DNA of 64,000 nucleotides from Octopus vulgaris (GCA_951406725.2 OX597838.1:11780001-11844000); one strand, 5' to 3'; numbered from the stretch's first letter, positions 27,775-40,815 are shown. Notes: generated by a model from the letters alone, not told the origin. A program made the numbers and translations.

Positions 27775-28007
27775 TTACTCTTTTATACTCTTTTACTTGT
27801 TTCAGTCATTTGACTGCGGCCATGCTGGAGCACCGCCTTTAGTCGAGCAACTCGACCCTGGCACTTATTCTTTTGTAAGCCCAGTACTTATTCTATCGGT
27901 CTCTTTTGCCGAACCGCTAAGTAACGGGGACATAAACACACCAGCATCGGTTGTCAAGCAATGCTAGGGGGACAAACACAGACACATAAACACACACACA
28001 TACATAC

Positions 28008-28096
<89 letters not shown>

Positions 28097-28696
28097 CGCA
28101 GGAGTGGCTGTGTGGTAAGTAGCTTGTTTACCAGCCACATGGTTCCGGGTTCAGTCCCACTGCGTGGCATCTTGGGCAAGTGTCTTCTACTATAGCCTCG
28201 GGCCGACCAAAGCCTTGTGAGTGGATTTGGTAGACGGAAACTGAAAGAAGCCCGTCGTATGTATGTATATATATATATGTATGCGTGTGTGTATTTGTGT
28301 GTGTGTGTTTGTCCTCCTAGCATTGCTTGACAACCGATGCTGGTGTGTTTATGTCCCCGTTACTTAGCGGTTCGGCAAAAGAGAGCGATAGAATAAGTAC
28401 TGGGCTTACAAAAGAATAAGTCCCGGGGTCGAGTTGCTCGGTGAAAGGTGGTGCTCCAGCATGGCCGCAGTCAAATGACTGAAACTAATAAAAGAGTAAA
28501 AGAGTAAAAGAGTATATATATACATATATACGACGGGCTTCTTTCAGTTTCCGTCTACCAAATCCACTCACAAGGCTTTGGTCGGCCTGAGGCTATAGTA
28601 GAAGACACTTGCCCAAGGTGCCACGCAGTGGGACTGAACCCAGAACCATGTGGTTAGTAAAAAAGCTACTTACCACACAGCCACTCCTGCGCCTAT
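27775..28696. mobile_element. SINE A (+, 28093-28513) nested in the central (TA)n of SINE A (-, 27775-28010 and 28529-28696)
   Basis: The two minus-strand halves are complementary parts of one element and flank a complete plus-strand copy. Confidence 0.85.
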
Positions 28697-28759
28697 ATGT
28701 GTATCTTAGTCTCAAAATTCTTCATACATGCACAGCACAGACCACTGACACGTTTCTAA

Positions 28760-28869
<110 letters not shown>

Positions 28870-29071
28870 ATATATATATCTAAAGATATATGGTGACCGA
28901 CACCCCACTCACACACTTGTGCCCACGCCTGTGGATTCTGGAACAAAAGCTGTTACCAGGTTTACTTACATAATTATGTAATATAAAATATCTGTATTGC
29001 TCTAACACCTGTTACTACGTTGTTGTTGCTGTTGCTGTAGTTGTAGTTGTATTCGTCGTCGTAGTTGTTGT

Positions 29072-29141
<70 letters not shown>

Positions 29142-29158
29142 TGTTGATGTCTGCCCAG

Positions 29159-29208
29159 TTATCGATGCTGATCCAGAAGAATTAGGAGAAATTACATCAC
29201 AGCTGTGA
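29159..29208 (+). CDS. Candidate terminal coding exon of the SLC46-like gene (uncertain)
   Basis: CAG at 29156-29158. A phase-1 join gives VIDADPEELGEITSQL*. The polypyrimidine tract is weak and alternative acceptors exist. Confidence 0.2.
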
Positions 29209-29649
29209 TCGTATCGTCTTTTTTCATTACAGACGTTGTATTTCGTGAGCGACATTATTAGCACAATATGGCGTCCCATGATTTTTTTTTAAATGATGGA
29301 TACGATTAGAGAAACAGATAGACAGATAGAGAGAGAGAGAGAGGGAGAGAGAGAGAGGGAGAGAGAGAGAGAGAGGGAGAGGCAGGAGAGAGAGGGAGAG
29401 AGAAAGAGAGATTTGATCGTCAATTCTAATAAACCGAATGACCGCATAATTGTTCATATGTTGCGCGTGTGTTGTTGTTGTTGTTGTTTAGCCCAAGGTC
29501 GGATCCCACTAAGTAGATCATTAAGTATTCCAGCCGTAATTGTACCGATTTTGTTTTCTTGATATCTGTGAGTGGCAATCTCCAAAGTGTCTTTCCTTGT
29601 TTCAGTGATGCAATACACAACAGAATATATCTATACAATTGTAGACAAC

Positions 29650-30217
29650 ATTATACATACATACATAAATACATACCTACATACATACATACATACATAC
29701 ATACATACATGCATGCATACATACATACATATATGCATACATACATACATACATACATACATACATGCATACATACATGCATACATACATACATACATAC
29801 ATACATACACACACACATACATACATACATGCATACATACATGCATACATATGTGTGTACATACATACTTACATACACACACATACGTAATACATACATG
29901 CATTCATACATACATACATATGTGTGTACATACATACTTACATACACACACATACGTAATACATACGTGCATTCATACATACATACATACATACATATGT
30001 GTGTACATACATACTTACATACACACACATACGTAATACATACATGCATTCATACATACATATGTGTGTACATACATACTTACATACACACACATACGTA
30101 ATACATACATACATACATGCATACATACATACATGCATTCATACATACATACATACATACATACATACATACATACATACATGCATACATACATACACAC
30201 ATACATACATACATACA

Positions 30218-30248
<31 letters not shown>

Positions 30249-30250
30249 GT
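29650..30250. repeat. (CATA)n with a higher-order unit
   Basis: atgtgtgtacatacatacttacatacacacacatacgtaat occurs four times. Confidence 0.9.
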
Positions 30251-30299
30251 TCGTGCGTATATAATAAACACGTATATTTATTAAAGTAAACAGTCTGAC

Positions 30300-30700
30300 A
30301 GATGCCTTATAACGGTTTCGTACTGGTTACTAAAACTGGGTGTTAGTTAATATACGGTCAAATAACGCCTCGCGCTCTTCAGGGACGGCTAGTATGGTAA
30401 AATATGGCGACTTAACAACAACATATATTTTAGTTTTGACGTTATTGTTAGTGTTACAATGAAGAGAGATGGTTCCTCGGTAGGCAACTGGTTGAACTGT
30501 GATTGGTGAGTGGTGGTTAGTTTCTTAGGAGTTGCAAGAGAAAAAAAGTTATTTATTGTGATTCTAAACATGCGTCCGTTTAGAACGATGGTGCGAAGGA
30601 ATAATGGTCCAGATCTGCAGGTTTTCTCTTGGATAATATCAATAGCATGGACAGAGGAGCCCTGTCTGCGTGAGCAACTACCGGCTTACCTAACAAACAA
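30300..30700 (-). mobile_element. Probable degenerate PLE 3' end with hammerhead relic
   Basis: Minus strand reads SVHAIDII...LRTIVLNG (GIY-YIG tail-like), then CTGAAGA (30382-30376) ... GAAACcgTTA (~30319-30310). Confidence 0.4.
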
Positions 30701-30819
30701 ATGATTTGGAGTTTGTGTATACCAGCGCAAATATGATCAACTTTGATCGACTAAATTTCTACATAAAAAATGTGTGTGCGATGTTGTGGAAGTGTTGTGG
30801 TGCAGTGATCTTGTAGTAT

Positions 30820-32120
30820 TGTGGGTGTGTCTGTGGTGTTAAGGGCATATCTGTGATATGGGCGTGTCTGTGATGCTGCGGGTGTATATATGGTGTTGTG
30901 AGTTCAGTTCAAGGTGTGTCCGACGTATTGTAGGTGTGTCAGTGGTGTTGTGGGTGTGTCTGTGGTGTTGTAGGTGTGTCTGTGGTGTTGTGGGTGTGTC
31001 TATGGTGTTGTGGGTGTGTCTGTGGTGTTGTGGGTGTATCTGTGGCGTTGCGGGTGTGTCAGTGGTGTTTTGGGTGTGTCTGTGGTGTTTTGGGTGTGTC
31101 TGTAGTGTTGTGGGTGTGTCTGTGGTGTTGTAGGTGTGTTTGTGATGTTGTGGATGTGTCTGTGGTGTTGTGGGTATGTCTGTGGTGTTGTGGGTGTGTC
31201 TGTGGTGTTATGGGTGTGTATTTGGTGTTTTGGGTGTGGCTGTGGTGTTGTAGGTGTGTCTGTGGTGTTGTGGGTGTGTCTGTGGTGTTGTGGGTATGTC
31301 TGTGGTGTTGTGGGTGTGTCTGTGGTGTTATGGGTGTGTATTTGGTGTTTTGGGTGTGTCTGTGGTGTTGTAGGTGTGTCTGTGGTGTTGTGGGTGTGTC
31401 TGTGGTGTTTTGGGTGTGTCTGTGGTGTTGTGGGTGTGTCTGTGGTGTTGTGGGCGTATCTTGGTGTGTCTGTGGCGTCGTTGGTATGACTGTGGTGTTA
31501 TGGGTGTGTCTGCGGTGTTGCGGGCGTGTCTGTTGTAGGCGAGTCTGTGGGGCTGTGGATGTGTCTGTTGTGTTTTGGGTGTGTCTATGGTGTTGTAGGT
31601 GTGTCTGTGGTGTTATGGGTGTGTATTTGGTGTTTTGGGTGTGGCTGTGGTGTTGTAGGTGTGTCTGTGGTGTTGTGGGTGTGTCTGTGGTGTTGTGGGT
31701 ATGTCTGTGGTGTTGTGGGTGTGTGTCTGTGGTGTTTTGGGTGTGTCTGTGGTGTTGTGGGTGTGTCTGTGGTGTTGTGAGTGTGTCTGTGGCGTCGTTG
31801 GTATGACTGTGGTGTTTTGGGTGTGTCTGCGGTGTTGCGGGCGTGTCTGTTGTAGGCGAGTCTGCGGGGCTGTGGATGTGTCTGTTGTGTTTTGTTGTTG
31901 TGTTCTTCTGAATGTGTCTGCAGTTTTCTGTTTGTGGTATTCAAAGTATATATGTGCTAATATGGATGTGTACGTGATGTTATGAGGGAATTTAAAGGGA
32001 ATATGGGCGATTCCGTAGTGCTCTGGATGTATCTATGGGTTTCTGGGTGTGTTTGTAGTATTGCAGGTGTGTACGTGGTATTGTGTGTGTGTCTGTGGAG
32101 TTGTGGGTGTGTCCAGGATG
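30820..32120. repeat. 20-bp GT-rich minisatellite
   Basis: Unit tgtggtgttgtgggtgtgtc; a variant block is duplicated (31470-31575 and 31788-31895). Confidence 0.95.
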
Positions 32121-32124
32121 ATTT

Positions 32125-32400
32125 GAGTGTCCTCTAATATCGTGGGTAGGCTCAACAAACAGGTTAACAGAACTCAAAACACCACTACATACATACATAC
32201 ATACATACATTTGATTTTGTATCTAAAATCAATAACTCTTTTAAGCACCGAGGCCGTATCGAGAACTGTTTTTTGGTAACCATGGATGTTTCTTCCTTAT
32301 ATCCCAAATATTGACCACAATGAAGTGGGCAGAAGCATGCATGGATGCCTTCGAAAAGCGGTCAAATAAAAGTATTAGTGGTGAATAATTCCTCATCTCT
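32125..32400 (+). mobile_element. Penelope-like RT fragment
   Basis: PLIS...FDFVSKIN...FLVTMDVSSLYP/NIDHNE..EAC, i.e. PLE RT motif A. Confidence 0.75.
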
Positions 32401-32432
32401 TAAACTGTAGATAGGACTCTTTAGTCACTTTG

Positions 32433-32433
32433 G

Positions 32434-32496
<63 letters not shown>

Positions 32497-32631
32497 CGAT
32501 GGTGATGATGATGATGATGATGACGACGATGATCTTGATGACCATCTTGACTACAACGATGATGATAATGATGATGTTAATGATGGTGTTAATGATGAAT
32601 ATGATGATGATGATGATGGTGATGATGATAA

Positions 32632-32662
<31 letters not shown>

Positions 32663-32709
32663 AGTGGTGACAATGATGATGATGATGATGATAATGATGA
32701 TGGTGATGG

Positions 32710-32776
<67 letters not shown>

Positions 32777-32870
32777 AACGACATGATGATGATGATGATG
32801 GTGATGGTGATGATGATGATGATGATGATAGTGGTGGTGATGATGATGGTGACGATGATGATGAAGATGG

Positions 32871-32951
<81 letters not shown>

Positions 32952-32985
32952 CGATGATGATGAATATGATGATGATGATGACGAA
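32433..32985. repeat. (GAT)n tract
   Basis: Directly visible. Confidence 0.95.
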
Positions 32986-33313
32986 TGAGAGAAATAATAA
33001 GCAAATGTAAAAGAAAACAATGACAACTGTATTCCATTATTATTTCATGTATGTTTGAATCTGAGATAATGATAGGTTTCACGGCTGAGACTCCAACACC
33101 GGCTGACTTCTTTGCCGAAATAACAGAACACAAAACAATAATTATCGCTCGTTCTGTTTAATTAAAACCTCATTAATGCTCTCACTGCAAACTCACTGGG
33201 ATGACTTTCTGGACATGTGTGATCTCCAGTTGACGAAAACAAGTTTCTTTTATTTCTTTTAATATAAGTAGTTAGAAAATGAGTGGCGACAGAGTGAACA
33301 AACAGCACCTTTC

Positions 33314-33426
<113 letters not shown>

Positions 33427-33574
33427 AAAAACGTATGTGGACACCCTTTATGAAACAGAAATAGATCCGTTCGATTCTCACCACCAAGAAATGTTCTCAA
33501 GAAAAATTTAGCAAAGCAACCAAAACGTAATCACTGAGCAAAGACAAAAGAAAAAGCAATAAAATATATGGATT

Positions 33575-33639
<65 letters not shown>

Positions 33640-33715
33640 CATACATATATATATAAATATTTGTATATATATGTATATGTATGCATGCATGTATATGTAT
33701 GTACGCATGTATCTA

Positions 33716-33803
<88 letters not shown>

Positions 33804-34063
33804 AATAAGTACCACTTGGTGGACAGGTGTCAGTTCATTACAGCTGTTTCTAACGAATGATTTACTTCATCTATGAGTGCATTATATCATTATAAAAAAA
33901 AAACCGTTTTCTTCAGATGAATACAGGAATCTTAAAAAGTTTTTATATCCACACTACATGCATATTTTGTGATACCACGATCGGCTCTTGCCGCAGAATG
34001 TATGATACTAGGTGCATCACCTTTAAGTACTTTATACACCAGAATCTTGTTATATTATAAATA

Positions 34064-34470
34064 TAGGCGCAGGAGTGGCTGTGTGGTAAGTAGCTTGCTT
34101 ACCAACCACATGGTTCTGGGTTCAGTCCCGCTGCATGGCACCTTGGGAAAGTGTCTTCTACTATAGCCTCGGGCCGACCAAAGCCTTGTGAGTGGACTTG
34201 GTAGACGGAAACTGAAAGAAGCCCGTCGTATATATATGTATTTATATATATTTGTGTGTGTGTGTTTGTGTTTGTCCCCCTAGCATTGCTGGTGTGTTTA
34301 TGTCGCCGTTACTTAGCGGTTCGGCAAAAGAGACCGATAGAATAAGTACTGGGCTTATAAAAAAAAAAAAGAATAAGTCCCGGGGTCGAGTTGCTCGATT
34401 AAAGGCGGTGCTCCAGCATGGCCGCAGTCAAATGACTGAAACAAGTAAAAGAGTAAAGAGAGTAAAGAGT
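34064..34470 (+). mobile_element. SINE family A
   Basis: Head-to-tail consensus match. Confidence 0.9.
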
Positions 34471-34508
34471 ATACATATATATATATATATATATATACAC
34501 GCATATAT

Positions 34509-34562
<54 letters not shown>

Positions 34563-34564
<2 letters not shown>

Positions 34565-34870
34565 GAGCCACACCACGTCAATATCTGGTGAGACCTCACC
34601 AATTTTTATTCTCGTGATTCTTTTTCCCATGTAAGTAGGAAGAACTAGTTCGTCGGTTTTTGGAGACACTGTGGATAGAGCTTTGGCTTTATCTTCAGAG
34701 TCAAATCGAACTTCCACGGTGCCAGAATTCTTCCCTCTAGCCACGTAGGAGGTTTTTTTCCCCAAATGGGCTGAAAACATTTTCCAATTAGCTCTTTGGA
34801 TATATGCTCAACTTTTTTGTTCTTTATAGAAAGAAGTTTGTAAATAATTGTTCTACGTGTGGTGTTCAAC
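34563..34870 (-). mobile_element. L1/Tx1-like ORF1 N-terminal fragment
   Basis: RRTIIYKLLS.../YVARGKNSGTVEVRFDSEDKAK...LPTYMGKRITRIKIGEVSPDID, an RRM-like ORF1 pattern (recognition only). Frameshifted. Confidence 0.55.
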
Positions 34871-35584
34871 TTAATTTCACTGGAAGGGGTTAAGTTTCGT
34901 TTCTATCGTCTCTGTGTATCATACATTTAATTTAAAAAAAAAAATTTCCATGCCTAGGTTGATTTTTCGTGGTTAACTTTAGCGACCAACGCAAAGCTGA
35001 CGCGAAAGTGCGACTTTCGCTTTTAGTGTCTATTGGGCATTTGTTAATATCATGACTGGGCGTTTGCAATATCATAATTCGTAATACTTGCGCACTATTT
35101 CATGATTTCTGTTTTCTTCCTCTCCGTCTCTTTGAGGTAGATGCAGGAAAGTCTCTTCGTACCATTTTGGCAAGGGAGCTTTTTCTTTCTTTTGCACGTG
35201 GGCAGTATCTTCTTTGCGACAAGTTGGTCTGTCCATCCGACCGATGTGTGGTAGGTCGCCCACACAAGGCCGAACCTTCTGCACATAGGTTTAAAAATAT
35301 CGAAGGAAGTCTTAAAGTGACACCGGTGGTGTATCTCGTTCAGAGGTTCTATCGTAACTGAGAAATAAAGTTTTTGAGATATGAGTCTTGCCCTGCCTCA
35401 CTTTCACAACATACGTACGTTTTTTGTATTAAACGTATCTAATATTTTTTATATACCGACTTGCCTAATTTGCTTGTCCTTACATTTACTCCTATATATA
35501 TATATATATATATATCAGGTCATCCCATAAGTTCTGTCCACTTTTACCTTTTTTAGAATTGAATGAAATTTAATAGTATTTTAG

Positions 35585-35677
35585 AATGCAACAAGATCGA
35601 TACTAGGGTCATAATTATGGGTGACAATTTCATATGACACCGCTAGAAAAAAACTGCCGTTCAAACCGAAAAGATCC
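35585..35677 (+). mobile_element. Right end of a second copy of the 740-1175 MITE
   Basis: Near-identical to 1085-1175, ending aaaccgaaaagatcc. Confidence 0.9.
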
Positions 35678-36440
35678 GATCTATTTTCTTTCGTTACACC
35701 TCACCCCTGCCAAGCAGACTTTTTCTTCACCAGATAATTCACACAAAGGAACCGTCTGGTTTAGGTAGCTCCATCGAAAGCAGAAAGCCTGGAAAAACGC
35801 TTTGGTTGCTACTTCGTCGAATTCTTCCATTCACGACTTTGTTTGACGAAACGCGCGTGGTGCGTGTTATGGCTTCTAATTTTTGCTATAACGCTACTAA
35901 TATTTACTTCAACGCTGCTGTTTTATTCTCTTTGTGAAATGTTTGCCATTTGCACTGTGATTAAATTAACTTTCTTTATATTTTATTGTTTTCTTCTTGA
36001 GCAATTATCTTCGACCGAATATCTTTTTTTTTTTTTAGTGGGCGTTATGTCTGAGTTGAGTTGTAGCCAATTATTTATATCGAATGAAAACAGAATTTTA
36101 TGTTCTTTAAAAATATCTGAAAATGACTAACAATGCGTTTCTTCCTTCTCCGCGAGGAAGAGATATCGAAGTACGTTTCAGAACAGTTCCCCGAAGAAAA
36201 TAATTAAAAATGAAAGAACAAAAATAACAAGGAAAAAAGAAAAAAAAGGAATGTTGTTTCCCTTCAATTATGATTGCTAAATTAGAACAAATTCTGCTAA
36301 CAAAGGTGTTTCCCTTCAATTATGATTGCTAAATTAGAACAAATTCTGCTGAGTAGCAAAATCACACATCTCTCCATGCCAGGGGGCGGCGGCAGCAACA
36401 ACAGTAGCAGTAGCAGTAGTAGTATTAGTGGCAGTAGGAG

Positions 36441-36820
36441 CACTCCGTCGGTTGCGACGATGAGGGTCCCAGCTGATCCGAATCAACGGAACAGCTTGCT
36501 CGTGGAATTAACGTGCAAGTGGCTGAGCATTCCACAGACACGTGCACCCTTAACGTAGTTCTCGAGGAGATTCAGCGTCACACAGAGTGTGACAAGGCCG
36601 GCCCCTTTGAAATACAGGTACAACAGAAACAGGAAGAAAGAGTGAGAGAAAGTTGTGGTGAAAGAGTACAGCAGGGTTCACCACCATCCCCTGCAGGAGC
36701 CTTGTGAAGCTTTAGGTGTTTCGCTCAATAAACACTCACAATGCCCGGTCTGGGAATCGAAACCGCGATCCTACGACCGCGAGTCCGCTGCCCTAACCAC
36801 TGGGCCATTGCGCCTCCACA
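36441..36820 (-). mobile_element. tRNA-derived SINE family D
   Basis: Minus-strand head gtggaggcgcaaTGGCCCAGTGGttaggg...GGTTTCGATTCC (A and B boxes), followed by a ~300-bp body. Confidence 0.75.
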
Positions 36821-36901
36821 GTAGTGGCAGTATTCTTTTTATCACAGGTTTTGTTGGAGCTCCCGGAGTCTTGCATGCGTGGCGGGCTTGCTTCCTACAG
36901 C

Positions 36902-37330
36902 CTATGGTACCAATACTTTTCTGGTTATTCTGGCCGTCCCAAGGACACAAATCTTTTGTAACAGTTCTACTGAGCCCTTTATTCCAATATCCTTTATATT
37001 TCTCTTGATGCCTTCTGATACTGTTCCCAAGGACCCAATAATAATTGGCACTATCTTCACCTTCTTCATTTTCCATAACCGTGGTATTTCGTACTTAAAA
37101 GGGTTGTATTTATCTATTTTTTCACCTTTCTTCTTGACTATTTGTGGATCAAATTGACGCGCAACATCAACTATACACAGCACTTGTGGTGCATCTTGTC
37201 GATCATCACTAGGTCCGGTCTGTTATGCTCTAATACCCGATCTCTTTGGTTTGGAAAATCCCAGAGGGTTTTGTAATTCCTCCGACTCCGGAACTCTCTG
37301 CGGTTGGTGCTCATACCACGTCTTGCCTCT
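36902..37330 (-). mobile_element. R4/Dong-clade non-LTR element, restriction-like endonuclease domain
   Basis: WYEHQP...LWDF...DRVLEHNRPDLVMID...IVDVA...KIDKY...VPIIIGSLG...LQKICVLGTARI.RKVL. Confidence 0.9.
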
Positions 37331-37336
37331 CTCTCT

Positions 37337-37539
37337 CGACCCGAAGATAATTCTAACTGAGCTCCACCTGTAAGGCCATGTGCTGTTTATCTTAGTATAA
37401 GACCACTATGTCGCGTACACATGGCTGTGATGCATGTGCCTGGTGTAACCTTATCAGACTGGTAGTCATGATGGGTATACCGGGCTTCGTATACTTTACT
37501 CCAGTGTCACTTTGATGGCATGCACTGCTCTGTCACTGA

Positions 37540-37577
<38 letters not shown>

Positions 37578-37602
37578 AATGATAATGATGATGATTATGA
37601 TG

Positions 37603-37633
<31 letters not shown>

Positions 37634-37682
37634 TTAAAAAAATAAATAATAATAATAATAAATAATACTTAAAAAATATATA

Positions 37683-37746
<64 letters not shown>

Positions 37747-38038
37747 GCCCTGATGCAGTACCAGGCAGTGGCTCTCGTGGCTTCTGATCTTAACTGATTG
37801 AAAGTGCTATCATGTACATTGTTCTGTCTTGGTATAAAAGATGGGCTACAGCAAATATTCTGCTCAATACCACAGATTTGCTTGTCAGTTGTTCGACCTT
37901 AACCATCTGACCATGTCCCTTAGTGGCTGGTGATATGTGCATCTCTGATCACGAGCAGAAGTAGTGGGGGAGCATCGTAGCCATGTGTTGAGAGGGATTC
38001 TTTGGGGTTTGAATAATTCACCTCTGGAAACATGGGTG
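37337..38038 (+). mobile_element. Repeat E 3' part, (GAT/AAT)n tract, then a further complex segment (37745-38038)
   Basis: 37337-37540 is homologous to 17385-17590. The second segment begins directly after (AAT)n. Confidence 0.55.
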
Positions 38039-38416
38039 CTGAATTTTTTATCACGGATCCGTACATTATATATATATATATATATATGAAAATATACATT
38101 CCTTGAATTTCCATCTTTAATGAAATGTCACTTCATAAGATGTTTAAATTATAAATCCCAGTTTATATCATGCTGATGACTTCTAGAAAATGAAATACTG
38201 CTATTGAAATGAAATACATGGTTAGCACTGAGTAGAAATTTCAAGAATTTCATAAGTAAGCAATAAATAAATAAATAAATAAATTACTAAATAAATAAAT
38301 ATATAAATTCCTGAATTCTACGCTCTCTTTTCTTCATATTCCTTATTTTGAAATATTCAAAAATGATTATCTCTCTTGTAATAAGTGCGTCCACTAGGGT
38401 AAGATATATATATATA

Positions 38417-38603
38417 GATCATTAGCCACTACATACATTTTTTCTCTCCTTGTTTCTCTCCTTGTTTTTTCCTGTGTCCCTTTCTGTAGAAGAGCATAGG
38501 CTCGAAACGTAAAAGACTTTTTCTATTCCTGAGCGTTATACTAATACATCTGTTAGTTTTGTACACCACCTGTCTTCGTCTTTTGTTTATTTTCGTAAAC
38601 TTT

Positions 38604-38606
<3 letters not shown>
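38417..38606 (+). mobile_element. Short hammerhead-bearing element, family H4
   Basis: 38480-38515: cttt-CTGTAGA-a-GAGC-atag-GCTC-GAAAC-GTA-aaag. (TA)n on both flanks. The 3' half is repeated at 19249-19320 and 19542-19612. Confidence 0.7.
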
Positions 38607-38649
<43 letters not shown>

Positions 38650-39254
38650 CTATATGTATTTATATGTATATGTTTATATCTATATATATATTTCTTATAC
38701 ATACATGTGTGTGTATCTATATGTATGTACACGCACACTCACACACACATGCATAGGCACACACAGAATCACACACATACACACACACACACACACACAC
38801 ATACTCATGGAAACGTAATTAATAGGCTGGATAATTTATTGTCATCTTAATGAAACAATATCTCATCAAAGATATTTCATTAGAGATGTCTCGGAAGTCT
38901 CTTCCTGTTTTTAAATTGATTCGAAACTGACCATTTTTGACTCTTTGAGTGATTTCGAAAACTTTTGCTTTACAATTTTTCAACGAAGCATGCAATACTA
39001 AAATCAATCATCGCCGCCGGCGCCGCCAGCATCAAGCCACCCCATTTTCCCCTCTCCCACCGCTGCCACCGCTATCACCGCCACCACCGCCCCCACCGCC
39101 CCCACCGCCACCACCGCTTTTACTTCCCTCTATTTCTGTCGTCTGCGTCTAATACCTGGCTGTTCTGCTGACCAGTGTCATTCCTCGTTTCAATATTTTA
39201 CTCAATGGATATTTAATGTCATATATATATATATATTGTGTATTTATGCTTCGA

Positions 39255-39741
39255 AGGCGGCGAGCTGGCAGAATCGTTAGCACACCGGGCGAAATGCGTA
39301 GCCGTATTTCGTCTGCCGTTACGTTCTGGATTCAAATTCCGCCGAGGTCGACTTTGCCTTTCATCCTTTCGGGGTCGATAAATTAAGTACCAGTTGCGTA
39401 CTGGGATCGATATAATCGACTTAATCCCTTTGTCTGTCCTTGTTTGTCCCCTCTGTGTTTAGCCCCTTGTGGGCAATAAAGAAATATATATTGTGTATTT
39501 ATGCTTCGAAGGCGGCGAGCTGGCAGAATCGTTAGCACGCCGGGCGAAATGCGTAGCCGTATTTCGTCTGCCGTTACGTTCCGAGTTCAAATTCGGCCGA
39601 GGTCAACTTTCCCTTTCATCCTTTCGGGGTCAATTAAATAAGTACCAGTTGCGTACTGGGGTCGATGTAATCGACTTAATCCCTTTGCCTGTCCTTGTTT
39701 GTCCCCTCTGTGTTTAGCCCCTTGTGGGTAGTAAAGAAATA
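39255..39741 (+). mobile_element. SINE family B head-to-tail dimer with a triplicated 22-bp TSD
   Basis: tattgtgtatttatgcttcgaa at 39234, 39489 and 39744 (255-bp period). Confidence 0.9.
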
Positions 39742-39919
39742 GGTATTGTGTATTTATGCTTCGAAGTAGTTCTTCTGTCAGTATATTGAATATTCTTTTC
39801 ATTATCATTGTTGTTGGTAAGGCGGCGAGTTGGTAGAATCGTTAGCACGCCAGACAAAATACCTAGCAGCATTTTGACCGTTTTTACGTTCTGTCTTAAA
39901 ACTCCAGAAAGGTAAAGCC

Positions 39920-40571
39920 TTCTACATCGTCATTATTTTGCTAGTTTTTCTATCAGTATCTGCAGTTCCTCTTTGTTCCAGTTCACCGGACCTGCCACAT
40001 ATCTTACAATTGATACAGCTCTTGAATTCATTGCTTTCATAATCTTTCTAGAATTTAAATTAGATTTCAGTATCAATTTGATCCCTCTGAAGTACTCCGT
40101 TGAAACTGTTTCCTTAACGTTCTGTCTTAAAACTCCACCAAGGTCGACTTTGCCTTTCATCCTTCCGCGGTTTGATAAAATAAGTACCAGTTAAGTAGTG
40201 AAGTCGATATAATTGACTATCCATCTTTCCCAACATTTAAAGCCTTGTTCCCACAGCGGAAAGGATTATTACATTTATTTGTTTATTTCAAAATCTCTTA
40301 TATGATGGATAACAAATCCTCACATAAGACCGCAGCCATCCAAGAACTTTCGAATAATCTTCGCCGTTGCTAATAGCAGGCCAGTTGCAAGGCAATATTT
40401 TCTGTCTATTCCTTGAGCCTCTTCTCCATCGCTTCTAAGGCTCCAAAGACAATTGGTATGACCTCACTATTTATGCAACCCAACCATCTGCTTATCTCAG
40501 GTCTTGATATATATATATATATATATATACAGATTTCAGTAATTAATTGACCAGTTAATGATATTGAAACT

Positions 40572-40642
<71 letters not shown>

Positions 40643-40707
40643 TCCATTTTACTGGGGTATTGTCCATATATCATTTTCATTTTCCAGTTCTTTAATCTTT
40701 GTTCTCC

Positions 40708-40710
<3 letters not shown>
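39920..40710 (-). mobile_element. Scattered R4/Dong ORF fragments among SINE B pieces and (TTA)n
   Basis: EYFRGIKLILKSNLNSRKIMKAMNSRAVSIVRY (39935-40098); EVIPIVFGAL...TAKIIRK (40340-40510); RLKNWKMKMIYGQY (40645-40707). Confidence 0.7.
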
Positions 40711-40774
<64 letters not shown>

Positions 40775-40781
40775 GTTGTTT

Positions 40782-40815
<34 letters not shown>

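Noticed and set aside
30820-32120. Regular repeats as a possible CRISPR array or Cys-rich protein
   Set aside because: Contiguous 20-bp minisatellite with no unique spacers, no cas genes, eukaryotic context.
35072-35400. Short complex ORFs
   Set aside because: No motif I can support; possibly degraded LINE ORF1.
36745-36820. tRNA gene
   Set aside because: A and B boxes are present, but there is no proper acceptor stem and it continues into a SINE body. The same applies to the family A and B heads.
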